Source: Callorhinchus milii
Taxonomy: Eukaryota
NCBI RefSeq assembly: GCF_018977255.1
Contig: NW_024704743.1
Location: forward strand, 92,940,001-93,004,000
DNA: 64,000 bases
Direction of reading: 5' to 3'
The notes beneath the pieces are model-generated. The model made no database searches, was not told the origin of the DNA, and saw nothing but the letters and a program-made list of their open reading frames with translations. Below are positions 38,696-49,935 of this stretch, piece by piece (position 1 is the first letter of the stretch; every line of letters begins with the position of its first letter). Position numbers and translations under genes: made by a program.

Positions 38696-41369
38696 ACGCC
38701 AAATCCAGGGGAGGTGGGGGGAGGGTCACTTCTGTGACAGGCAAGTTAAACTGATGAAAATTAAGGCATATCACATTCCTTCTGTTAGTAATCACTAAGG
38801 AATCCATTATACAATGTCAGAAATTTCACCCCCATGCCTTCATTTGGCATGATTTTGAGATTTTTAGATAAAGAGGATTTTAAAGCTCAGTTCTGTCACA
38901 GTCAAAGTCCTTCAATATTATTGCCAGCATGGAACTGTCAACAATATTTATTACTTTCAATGAATGTTTCAATATAAGGCATCAAAATACTCTCTGCACA
39001 TCCCTCTGGTACTTAGACTAGCAATTTTATTTGAAATGAGCCCCGGGCCATGCAGAGTTATGAAAACTGATAAACTCTAATGCTGTCACTATAAGTAGCT
39101 TTTGAACACAGAAACTGATCATTAACTGAAACAGGAAACAACTCCCAGCAGTTTCCTTGGAAATAACTGATGAAACAGATACTGTCACTGCAATTATTCT
39201 TGTTGTTTTAATTGTTCTGTAATTGCATTTCTAACACTACAAAGTTTAATATGCAATGATAATACAGTCTCACATTACAATAAAGCACTCCATATAATAG
39301 CAGATGCCGACTGACCAAAGTGAGCATTTTACAGCACCTCCCACGAACAGAAATCAGAGAACAGCTTATATTTGTCTTTGCGCTTTTGTCGTCATACATC
39401 TTGAAATACCTCAAATCACTGAAAGCAGTTTAAACATCTAACTGTTTCTACTGCAGAAAATGAAGATGACATATCATTTCTTCCCATGGATTCTAATGCG
39501 AAATGTTTCAATATCTCATTGTGCTGAAAGTTAAGATGAATCAGATTTCTTATTTTCAGCTTTAATTTGGAACTCCATTTTCCTCATTTTAAGACCATTA
39601 ACCTTAACAGAACTGAACAATGAATTTAACTGAACAGAATTTATAATTTCTGTTTGTTTCACTCATGAAGCATTTGTGAAAAAAAAGTTTATCTGTGAAT
39701 TTGTAATAACGAATATCAAAGTAGAATTAGAGACAAAGAAATATTATGATTTTCCATTCCTCTCCATCCTCTTAGTTTGGTATCCAAGTGGCCACTGTGA
39801 AGTGCTCTGAGACATTATCCTATACAAAGGATTGTTTCAGCACAGAAACAAGCCATTTAGCCCATCAAGCCTGCACCAATGTTTGTTTTTCTCCATATGA
39901 ACCAATTTAATCCCATTCTCCAGATCACCTTTCAATATTTCTTTTTTTCAAACATTTACCTGATTCCCTTTCAAAGTAATCTGTGGACTCTGTTTTAACT
40001 AAGGCCTGTGGCAGAGAATAATAATAATCTTTGCATTTGATATGGTGCCTTATAAGCCATCGAAATGTCTCAAAAGCACCTCATAAAATATATTTAAAGT
40101 GTATTTTGTGGGTGACATTCCAACCATCCTCTTCACAAATAAATTATTATCTGCTTTAAAATCTTTTTGGTGATTTTCTTAAATTTAATGGCATGCAACA
40201 TTGAATCTATTTATCCAAATTTTGGGAATCATAATAATTCCTTTTTTTTAAAGATTTTGTATCATAAATGTCATGATCTTCAAGATGAGGGATGCAGTGC
40301 TAGCAATTTATATTTTTTTCTCATTTTAGACAGCTGGTGTAAGTATCAAGCTCCTTTGAAACTGCCCAACAAATTTTCCTTACAGTCAACAGACAGAGGA
40401 AGCTTTATCTTAATCAATCTGTGCCTTCCAGTCTCCCTTTCTTTTCCCCCAAATTATGTATCATCAATTATTCTAGCTATTCTTTCCTCTCTTTTTCATT
40501 TTAAAAGTTGCAAGCTTATTTGCTGTATAATATTAATGTAATTTATTTCAATTGATATGTTCGCCTTAAAAAATACATGGGCACTACACTTTAGAGTAAA
40601 TCCTGTGAAGTGCTTTGAGACATCCCCCTGAAGTGAAACAAGCGATATCAAAGGCAAGTATTATTATAGTTATTATTAATAATAAACACATATTGTATGG
40701 GCTGACTACTGAAAAAAATGTAAAGGCACCTTAGGTCAATAATTTTCAAGTTTTACCATCATAGTTGGGAAACACCAATCATTCCCATTATAATTAAAGC
40801 AAAGATCAGTTGGGTACATGTCACTTCCAAACTACATGTAATTGATTAATCTGTTCAATTTTACAACATTTCTTTGGGATGATCTGAAGAAGAGAGCTTT
40901 CTTTGTGCTCCTGTGAAAAATCTGGTAATTATGAACGGTCTCTCATAGATGAAAATTTTAATATGTTCAGTTCCCCAAAGCTGAAAGTATATATCACTGG
41001 AAAACTTTGTATTATTTATGGTGCCATTAAATAATGTTGCCACACAAATATGTGGTGCCTCAACAAACAGTAGTGTACAAAGCAACAGAAGGATTGTATT
41101 CCCTTTCTCTCATTAGTAGCAGTGTTGAATTTCTGCACTTTTATTGATGAAGGCACATGGGAGTAAGAAAATCTGCATAAAAACTGGAGGAAGCTGGTCA
41201 GCTCATCGAACCTGTTTAGTCACTTTATTTTGTAAAGTTAATGATAGGAGTGGCACTTCTGGTTCACTCACAGCTCACAGGAAGTATTGTCAGCAGAAAC
41301 TTCATGCAACTCACAAGAAATGAAATCAGCACTAACCCCCAAAGCCAGCAGTGTTCCACACTTCACTTA

Positions 41370-42060
41370 CAGTACAGTACTGGGTTGGAAAGGGAATGCT
41401 CTGTACTCTCCTCTGTGACCTCCTGCGATCCTACTACCCAGCCACTCCCTCAATTCCACCAACTCCTGCCTTCTTCATGTCCCCTGTTCACTCCGCCACA
41501 CAATTGATAGACAAGTCTTCTGTCTTTCCCCCTCCCTCTGGAACACTTGCAAAATTTCTGTGACTCATATTTTCTCTCACTGCTTTCAAATCCTGGCATA
41601 AGACCCACTCTTTGACTATGGTTTCTCAATGTAAAACACTTTGAGACATTCTCTCAATATGAAATATTCCCTATAAATGTAAATTACCATTATTCTTCCA
41701 TCCAAATGTATAGCCTCTTATCTACATTACATTTCATCTGCCAACTTTTTGCATGATATACTAGTCTGTCTAATTCCTCCTGAAGTTGTTTATCTTTTTT
41801 ACTGTTAGCTACATCACTATTTTTGAGTCATCAACAAACTTCAAAATCATACCCCTTATATCAGAATCCAGATCATTATAAATGGCGATAAGCATTGGTC
41901 CTGACACAGATCCCAGGAGGACACTACTATTTAAATTTCTGTTCTGAATTGCAACTCCCACTATGTTCCTCTATCTTTCCTATTTTTTAACAAACTTTCT
42001 ATCTGCTTTTCATGAATAGTATCCACTTTTTGTTTTAAATAAATCCCCTATGTGGCACTT
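41370..42060. mobile_element. Old L2 3' remnant (+, 41370-41690) followed by an old CR1 RT remnant (-, 41700-42060)
   Basis: ctctggaac...ctttcaaatcctggcataagaccc; acatttcatctgcca...gtcatcaacaaactt (minus-strand KFVDD). Confidence 0.65.
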
Positions 42061-42074
42061 TAAATAATTAAAAA

Positions 42075-42308
42075 ATAAAAATCCTTGCATTTTTATAGTA
42101 CCTGTCTCATCAGAAGGTTATCTCAAAGTGCTTCACAAAATTTATTGTAAAGTGTACTGATTACGTTTGTAGGCAAATGCAGAAGCACATTTGTGCACAG
42201 CAATGTCCCACAAACAACCATAAAATGAATGACCATTTTTTTCTAGAGGATTGCTGGCTAGGACACCAGGAGAACCTCCTTTCTCTTTCAAATAGTGTCA
42301 TGGGATCG
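42075..42308 (-). mobile_element. Deu-SINE 3' remnant
   Basis: cacagcaatgtcccacaaacaacca...ggacaccaggagaacc...aatagtgtcatgggatc. Confidence 0.72.
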
Positions 42309-42310
42309 TT

Positions 42311-42640
42311 GTGTGTAGCTGCCTGAGGCTGTGCCTGGAGCCCTGTACGCCGGCAAGAAATGCCGCGATGTGCTGGGTTTCTACCTGTACCCAGTGTTAA
42401 GAAGGATGGGTTTTGCAAAACTGCCTTAAAATGTTCCATACAGTTGGAGTGTGCTGAACCACCTATCCTATGTTGAGAAATTCCTGAAGAATCCCATCCC
42501 AGACCCCTGCACAATCACTGAGTGGTCCACGTGACAGGTAATTGAAACAGTTCGAAACAGGAAGAGGGCAGACCCGATCAGGAGGTACCCTGCAGAGACA
42601 GCCAGCTACACTAGCACACCCAAAAGTGACTGAAATAAGG
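42311..42640 (+). mobile_element. Tx1-clade LINE ORF2 internal fragment (post-RT region)
   Basis: Translates with stops and a frameshift to VCSCLRLCLEP/YAGKKCRDVLGFYLYPVLRRMGFAKLP*NVPYSWSVLNHLSYVEKFLKN...EWST*QVIETVR...DPIRRYP, which I recognise as resembling fish Tx1 ORF2. Confidence 0.7.
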
Positions 42641-42674
42641 CTACAAAAAGATGCTCGAGATGCAACCAAAGAGC

Positions 42675-42950
42675 AGCAACAACAACAACAAGATTCCATT
42701 TATAAAGCGCCTTTCACGTCAGGAGGACGTCCCAAGGCGCTGCACAGTTGGGTCATGACCCGAGCAGGGGGGAAATGGTCAGGGTGAGGGAAGGGAGGGA
42801 GCGAGGAGGGGGGAAACGGTCAGGGTGAGGGGAGGGAAGGGAGGGAGCGAGGAGGGGGAAGAGAGTCGAGAGGGGAGCTGAAGGCACGGTCAAAGAGAAA
42901 GGTTTTGAGACCGGCCTTGAAGGAGGAAAGGGAGGAAGCAAGGCGAAGGC
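42675..42950 (-). mobile_element. L2 3' terminus with a ~41-bp internal duplication
   Basis: (caa)n tail; ggtcagggtgaggg...ggagcgaggagggg occurs twice. Confidence 0.88.
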
Positions 42951-43009
42951 ATGTCACCTCTCAATCTTCTCTTTTCCAGTGCCTTGGGACGTCCTCCTGA
43001 CATCCTCCT

Positions 43010-43325
43010 GAGTCCTGTAGCTCAGTGGTTAGAGCACTTGCCTTGCAAACGGCACACCTGGGTTCAATTCCAGGCAGGGCGAAACCTTGGGCAAGTTTCC
43101 TTACTCCACACGCCTAATAATAATCCCTTCAAAAACAAAACAATAAATTGGTCATTTTCAATCCACAACTGTTTGTGTGACACTGCTGTACGCAATTGGC
43201 TGCCGCGTTTCGGCTACAAATATACAGTCATTTCACTTTACAGAATATTCTGTGAAGCGCTTTGAGATGTCTAGAAGACATGAAAAGCGCTATATCAATT
43301 GCAAGGATTATGATTATTAGTATTA
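43010..43325 (+). mobile_element. tRNA-Ala-derived SINE, subfamily A
   Basis: Head gagtcctgtagctcagtggttagagcac; 3' hairpin loop variant tagaa. Confidence 0.92.
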
Positions 43326-43364
43326 AAGGCGCTATACAAATGTAATTTTGTTGTTGTTATCCCG

Positions 43365-43562
43365 AAAATGTATGTACGGTAAACATTTCCGCATACAGTG
43401 CACATTGGGGCACTTTCCAAAAGCAGCAAGTGCGCCTTATCAGGGTGCATGCGGGTGCACACATGGATGTGGTCTACACAGGAGTGATTCCTGACTGTTT
43501 TAAAAGGGAGCATCCCAAAAAACGTGTGCGGTGAAGGAACGTACCGTAAACAACAGAATTTT
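43365..43562. mobile_element. Degenerate palindromic element, MITE-like
   Basis: tgtacggta...ccgcatac pairs with gtgtgcgg...taccgtaaa; inner arm ttggggcactttccaaaagcag pairs imperfectly with ctgttttaaaagggagcatcccaa. Confidence 0.5.
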
Positions 43563-43965
43563 TTTTTATATTGTGAGGAAGGGATAAATTGTAAGGAGAA
43601 GATGTTATGTTTGTTTTGGATTTCTGTTGTACTAAATATTATATTTATATTTATATAAATTTATATTTATAAATAAATATATATTTTCAAAAAAAATGTT
43701 TAACATTCAAATGACCATCTCATCTGAAGGGTAGAACCTTTGATAATGCAATATCCTCCCAGCATTACATTGTAGTGTCAGCCTAAATGCTGCAAATTCA
43801 TAATCCCAATATGGGACTTAAACTCACAACCTTCTGACTCAGGTGAGAATATTGCTAATTGAGTCAGGCTGACACACTTTTTTAAAAACCTTCTGAAAAT
43901 CTATGAGGCCTGAATAAGGTAATTTTGGTGGCAGTGCAGTAGAGATTATATGGTAAACTGTACTT

Positions 43966-44330
43966 GTGGAGTCCTGTAGGGTATTGGTTAGAGCCCTCGC
44001 CTCACAAGAGAGAAGACCTGGGTTCATTTTCCAGACAAGGCAAAACCTTAGGCAAGTTTCCTTACTCCACAAGCCTCTGGTTACTTAGCAGTAAATAGGA
44101 ACTCGATGTTAGTCGATTTCTGGGGGTAATAATCCTTCCAAAAGAAATAAAGAAATAATTTAGTCACTCGATCCACGACTGTTTGTGGGACACTGCTGTA
44201 CGCAATTGGTTGACGCATTTCACCCACAAACTATACAGTCAATCCACTTCACAGTATATTCTGTGAAGCGCTTTGAGAGGTCTCAACGACATGATAAGGC
44301 GCTTTATCAAATATAAGGATTATTATATTA
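43966..44330 (+). mobile_element. tRNA-derived SINE, subfamily B, full length
   Basis: Head gtggagtcctgtagg..ttggttagagc; middle ctctggttacttagcagtaaatagg; (att)n tail. Confidence 0.9.
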
Positions 44331-44429
44331 TTTACAAAAATGTGGAGAAAAGCAAACTTTAATGCTGCTTAATGTCATTTTTAATCATGTTAGGTTTAAA
44401 TAACACAGATTTTCAGAACAAGAATAACA

Positions 44430-44690
44430 ACTCATTCAGTGAGGGTTTTGTAAAGAGAATATTATGTCATTCATTATATCAACTAATTTGATTCAATCCA
44501 TTGAAGAGGTAGCCAAAGATGTGGATAATGGAGATGGGGAGTTTTTATTATTCAATTTTAGGAAAGTGTTTGTTAAGGTACTGCAGAAGAAACACGTGGA
44601 CAAAATTGAACCATATGAAGCAACTCAAAATTCCATTAGGATAGCAGAGGAGTTAGTAACAGAATCTCAAGACTTCCACAGTCTGTGAAA
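44430..44690 (+). mobile_element. Old CR1 RT fragment
   Basis: TNLIQSIEEVAKDVDNGD...NFRKVFVKV resembles TNLIEFFEEVT...DFQKAFDKV. Confidence 0.7.
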
Positions 44691-44699
44691 AAATAGTAT

Positions 44700-45395
44700 C
44701 CATGCCATGATCGGCACTGCCTACCACCACCTCCGCAACATTGCCAGACTCCGCCACTGCTTCACACCTCAGGCTGCCGAAACCCTTATCCGTGTATTCG
44801 TCACATCAAGGCTCGATTGCGGAAACTCCCTCCTCATCGGCCTTCCTGACTCTTCCCTTCACAAGCTGCAGATCATCCAAAACTCTGCAGCTCGTGAACT
44901 CTCATGCACCAGGCTCCGTGACCCCATCGCTCCCACCCTCCCCGACTCCACTGACTCCCCATCCCCCAGAGCATCGAGTTCAAGATCCTCGTCCTCACTT
45001 TCAAAGCCATCCATGGCCTTGCCCCCTCCTACCTCTCTGACCTGCTGACTCCCTATCAACCTGCCCGCTCCCTCTGCTCAGGGGCTCCGGCCTGCTCCAT
45101 GTCTCCCGCCCGCCCTACCATCGGTGGCCAGGCTTTCAGCCTCTCTGCCCCCATACTCTGGAACTCCATCCCACTGTCCCTTCAACTTACTTCCTCCCTT
45201 GCCTTCTTCAAGGCCGGTCTCAAGATCCTTCTCTTCGTTCGTGCCTTTGGTCACCCTCCCACCTCTCTGCCTTCCCTCACCCCTACACCACCCCTCCCCC
45301 ATGCTTGGGTCCTGACACCTGACTGTTCAGCGCTTTGGGACGTCCTCCCGACGTGAAAAGTGCTCTCTAAATGTAATTTTGTTGTTGTTGTTGTT
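44700..45395 (+). mobile_element. L2 3' fragment
   Basis: HLRNIARLRHCFTPQAAETLIRVFVTSRLDCGNSLL; (ttg)n tail. Confidence 0.92.
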
Positions 45396-45954
45396 ATGTG
45401 CCATTTGTTTAACAATATAAGAAATTCCGTTGGCCTGTTTTTGTAGCATAAAGGAAAAGCGGTAATGCCACAAAATCTTAATTCATTTTTGTATGCTTAT
45501 GTACGACCCAGCATTATTATACTTCACAAATTCCTTCCTTTTTTCAATGTTATGGCAACCATACTTTTCCAGCTCTTACATATGGCTCAAATATTCTAGA
45601 AGTTATTTTTTGAAGGATGAAATACATCAGTTTTGAAAGAACGTACAATTGGAAGAATGTTCCTTTGAGTACAGCTTGTTTTTTTTGGAATGTAGCCATT
45701 AAAATATGCCTTTTCGAGGCCAAAGTGGCAGGTGCACAGAACATTTCCATCATTATGTGTGACGTGCTCGCACAATAGACAGTGCAGCAGCGTAATCCAC
45801 AAGAGGCAGTGCAGAACTTCAGCCACACAATTGATTCTGTATGTCCTTTAATTAGTGACAAAAATTGGCAATTGTTCAGCTACCATTATTCTTTAGAAGG
45901 AAATGATTTTGGGTAAATTGTGCACTGGGATATTTGGATACATTAGGATTGACC

Positions 45955-46240
45955 CTGATGATTTTTTTAGTCAGCCAAGTATCTGACAGATGCAGAAACC
46001 TGTCACAAAGTTTGAGCATATTCAAACCAAAGCAAGAGTTCCATGAATTCACCTATACATGGCAATTCCTATATGTTGGAATGCGCACTCTCTCCCTGAA
46101 TAGACCATTCCTGCTTACGTAATTCCAGAAAGTATTAGACATTGGCTGGCAGGAGCCAGGGCTTGGGGAAACCACAGTGTGCATTGGGGGTTTACTGCTG
46201 GAATTTAATGAGCTAAAATTGCACTGTTTGCCATTCGGAG
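45955..46240. repeat. Unclassified dispersed repeat, copy 4 of 5
   Basis: tttttagtcag...gcagaaacc...ttggaatgcgcactctctccctg...aattccagaaagtattag...tgtgcattgggg...actgctgga. Confidence 0.7.
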
Positions 46241-46824
46241 CACTGTTTGATTTGGAATCATTTGGATGGAAATGGATACATTGCCATTCCTATGCTATTT
46301 CCATGATGTGGTGAACCTGTGGAGAGAGATTGAACAAACTCCAACATCCTTTGATTGATCATGATGCTGTCATTGGCTACGAGAGGCCAGCATGCCACTT
46401 TATTTTGCACCAACCTTAAACTATGATGACCCTCAAGAGACAGATGGTGGTTGCAACAACTTTTTTCCCTTAAAAACTTTATATCATCATCTCCGTCAAC
46501 AGTCCTAGTGGAGAGCCTTCGCAGCAAGTGTCAGGGTAACAGTAAGTGGCATTGGAAGCTACAAACAGCAGCATTCTTACAGGAAGAACAAAACCAAGGC
46601 TATCCTCTGTAATGATTTGAAACGACAATCACATCCACATGAATGAAGTGAACCTTTTGCTGATTTTTCTTTTTCATATCATCTCATATAAGTCTTCATA
46701 GTATACTTTCATATTACAGTTTACACAGACAATGTTGCTGGAACAGATTCATTTTGCTCCATTCTAGCTATTTTGCCTTAGTCAAGACTTTTACACCATT
46801 GTATATATTATAATCTTTCTATTA

Positions 46825-47323
46825 GGTGTCTATGCGACCACATCACTCCCACCCTCGTTCGCCTCCACTGGCTCCCCATCAAATTCAAGATCCTCATCCT
46901 CACCTACAAGGCCATTTACGGCCTTGCTCCCTCCTACCTCTCCGACCTAGTATCCCCCTACTTACCTGCCCATATCTCCATTCCTCTGGCTATGGTCTGC
47001 TCCACATCCCCCGCCCTAACCGCCCTACCATCGGTGGCCGGGCTTTCAGCCTCTCAGCCCCTAGGCTCTGGAACTCCATCCCCCAGTGCCTTCGCCTTGC
47101 TTCCTCCCTTTCCTCCTTCAAGGCCGGTCTCAAGACCTTTCTCTTCAACTGTGCCTTCAGCTCCCCTCTCGACTCTTTACCCCCTCCTCGCTCCCTCCCT
47201 TCCCTCCCCTCACCCTGACCATTTCCCCCCTGTTTGGGTCCTAACCCAATTGTCCAGCGCCTTGGGACGTCCTCACAACGTGAAAGGCACTCTATAAATG
47301 CAATTTTGTTGTTGTTGTTGTTG
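46825..47323 (+). mobile_element. L2 3' fragment
   Basis: Highly similar to 29830-30320; (ttg)n tail. Confidence 0.92.
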
Positions 47324-47324
47324 T

Positions 47325-48000
47325 GTCAGCCTAACTTAATTGTTTGCACTCTCACTTGTAAATCATAAGGATGTGGACTCAAACCCCATATCAAGACTTT
47401 GAACTCATAGTCTACGCTGGTACTCCAATGCAGTACTGGGAAAGTATTGCATTGACAGAGGATCTGTCCTCCAGATGAGATGCAACATTGAGGTCCAATC
47501 TGCCTATTCAGGTAGATGATGAAGATCCCATGACACCATTCGAAAGGAGACAGTATCTCCTAGCATTCTGTCACCTAATGCATCAGCCTTGCTCAGTTGG
47601 TAGCACTCTTGACTCTGAGTCAATAGGTTATGGGTTCAAGCCGCTGTAAGGATTTGAACTCACATAATCTAAAATGACATTCCAATGTAGTAGGTGTGTT
47701 GCATTGTCAGAGGTGCTGCCCTTCACTGAGACATTAAACCAAGGTCCTATCTGCCTGTTTGGATGAACATTAAAGAAGATCCCATGGCACTAAATGAAAC
47801 AAAAAGGGAATTTCTTCCAGTGGCCAATAATCCCAAATAAATTTGGTAATTTGTTTCATGGCTGTTTGTGGGACAATACAGCACATAAGTTGTCTGCCAT
47901 ATTTGCCTACCGATACAGTCAGTACACTTTACAGTGAATCATGTAAAGACTTTCTGACAAAGTGATAATATGATATATTAAATGTTAGTATTATTAATGT
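47325..48000 (+). mobile_element. Two tandem old Deu-domain SINEs (~47325-47570 and ~47583-48000)
   Basis: Each has a head (cagcct...cactct...ggttcaa) and a Deu core (tgcattg(t)caga...gagacattaaacc...aagatcccatg). Confidence 0.75.
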
Positions 48001-48184
48001 TACAAACATGCATTGAATGAGAAAACAATTAGACAGTGTAATAGCTTACCTATTGTTTATAACAATTGATAATTGTGCTGTGCTGTTGGGAGCATTGATT
48101 ATGTACCTACCAGTGTAATAAAGGCTGTAAAAATCCTTTTTGGGCAGCAATTGACATGTGTTGAAAGAGTTTGGTAATGTAACT

Positions 48185-48801
48185 CCAACAACAACAAAAA
48201 TACATCTATGTAGCGCCTTTCACGTCAGGAGGATGTCCCAAGGCTCTGAACAATCAGTGTTTCAGATCCGAGCTAGCAGTCTGGATTGGGGAGTGTGGAG
48301 GGCAGGGGGCAAAGGCACGGTCGAAGAGGAGAGTCTTGAGACAGGTCTTCAACAACAACAACAACTTGGATTTATACAGCGCCCTCCACGCCGGACGGCG
48401 TCTCAGAGCGCTTCACAGTAATGGATCCTGGGGCAGAGCCAGGGGGAGGAAGGTGACAAAAGGCGTGGTCGAAAAGAAAGGTCTTCAGCCAAGACCTGAA
48501 AATAGGAAGAAAAGGGGTGAATCGAAGGGAGAGAGGAAGGAAATTCCAGAGCCTCGGGTTTCACCCCGGCAGGGTGAAACCTTGGGCAAATTTCCTTACT
48601 CCACACGCCTAATAATAATCCCTCCAAAACAAAACAATAATAAATTGGTCATTTTCAATCCACGACTGTTTATGGGACACTGCTGTGCGCAATTGGCTGC
48701 CGCGTTCGCCCACAAATATTCAGTCAATTCACTTTACAGTGTGTTCTGTGAAGCGCTTTGGGACATCCTCCCGACGTGAAAAACGCTATATCAAATGCAA
48801 G

Positions 48802-48833
<32 letters not shown>

Positions 48834-49165
48834 TGTGAAGCGCTTTGAGATGTCGAGAAGATGTGAAATGTGCTATATCAAATTCAATGATTATTATTAT
48901 TATAGTGGCTGAAAGCATGGCCACCGAGGGTGGAGCGGAGGACTCGGGGGACAAGGAGGAGGCCAGATCCGGTGGAACAAAGGCAACAGGCACTGTTGTG
49001 AGGAGAGAGGAGTTCAGAGAAGTAAGGGGGGTGCAGAGGAGTGGAGGGATTTGAAGACAAGGGTGAAGATCTTGAAGTCGAGGCAAGCGAGGTGGAGGGA
49101 CTGTGGGATGGAGTTCCAGAGGGTAGGGGGAGAGTGGCTGAAGGCCCGCCCAGAGTAAGACCTGG
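48185..49165 (-). mobile_element. Nested cluster: L2 (48185-48350 + 49080-49165) containing a second L2 (48350-48558 + 48903-49080), which contains a + strand SINE (48560-48902)
   Basis: Each outer element resumes collinearly after the inner insert. Confidence 0.75.
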
Positions 49166-49189
49166 CTTCAAAGTGTGAGAGCTGCAGCA

Positions 49190-49935
49190 TATAACATGTG
49201 GATTGGAGCAGAGACGGTTGAGGGGTGATATAATAGATATATGATACATTTAAGACAAGTAACAATTTGAAAGAATTGATCATGAAAAACACTTCTTTTT
49301 TAGGGATTTAAGGACAAGAAGGCATAAATTCAAGATTGTGAACAAGGAAGTAAAAGGAGAGGTCGGAAGAAAGTCTTCTTCCATAGATTTGTCAGAGAAT
49401 TAAATAATTGCTAGTGTGGTTGTTGGAGATGAGTTGATTGGAGCATTTAAAAAATAGTTTGACAATCCCATACAAAGGAATAGTATTAGATAAGGAAGAT
49501 GAGGCTTTTTGCAGGAACAAATACTGATACCAAAAAAAATAATAATCCTTGCATTTGACATAGTGCTTTTCACGTTTTCTAGATGTCTCAAAGCATTTCA
49601 ACGAATACACTGTAAAGTGAATTGACTGTATATTTGTGGGCGAAATGAGGTAGCTAATTGCACACAGCAGAGTCCCACAAATAGTCGTGGATTGAAGTGA
49701 CCAATTTATTATTGTTTTATTTTCTTGAGGGATTATTATCAGGCATGCGGAGTAAGGAAACTTGCCCAAGATTTCACTCTGTGCAGTGCAGGTCTCTCAC
49801 TTGCAAGACAAGTGGTCTAACCACCGAGCTACAGGACTCCTAAAAAAGTAAAAACTAAAACTAAGAAATGGTAAAAAAAATGGACTAAATATAGACCAAA
49901 CGGCCTCCTAATGTGTTGTACATTTCTATAACTCT
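49190..49935 (+). mobile_element. Old CR1 3' fragment split by a minus-strand SINE A (49537-49840)
   Basis: agcagagacggttgaggggtgat...aggacaagaaggcataaattcaag; the CR1 3' UTR resumes at ~49880 (accaaacggcctcct). The SINE head agctacaggactcc lies at 49827-49840. Confidence 0.78.

Noticed and set aside
43630..43690. AT-only quasi-palindrome
   Set aside because: Low-complexity sequence.
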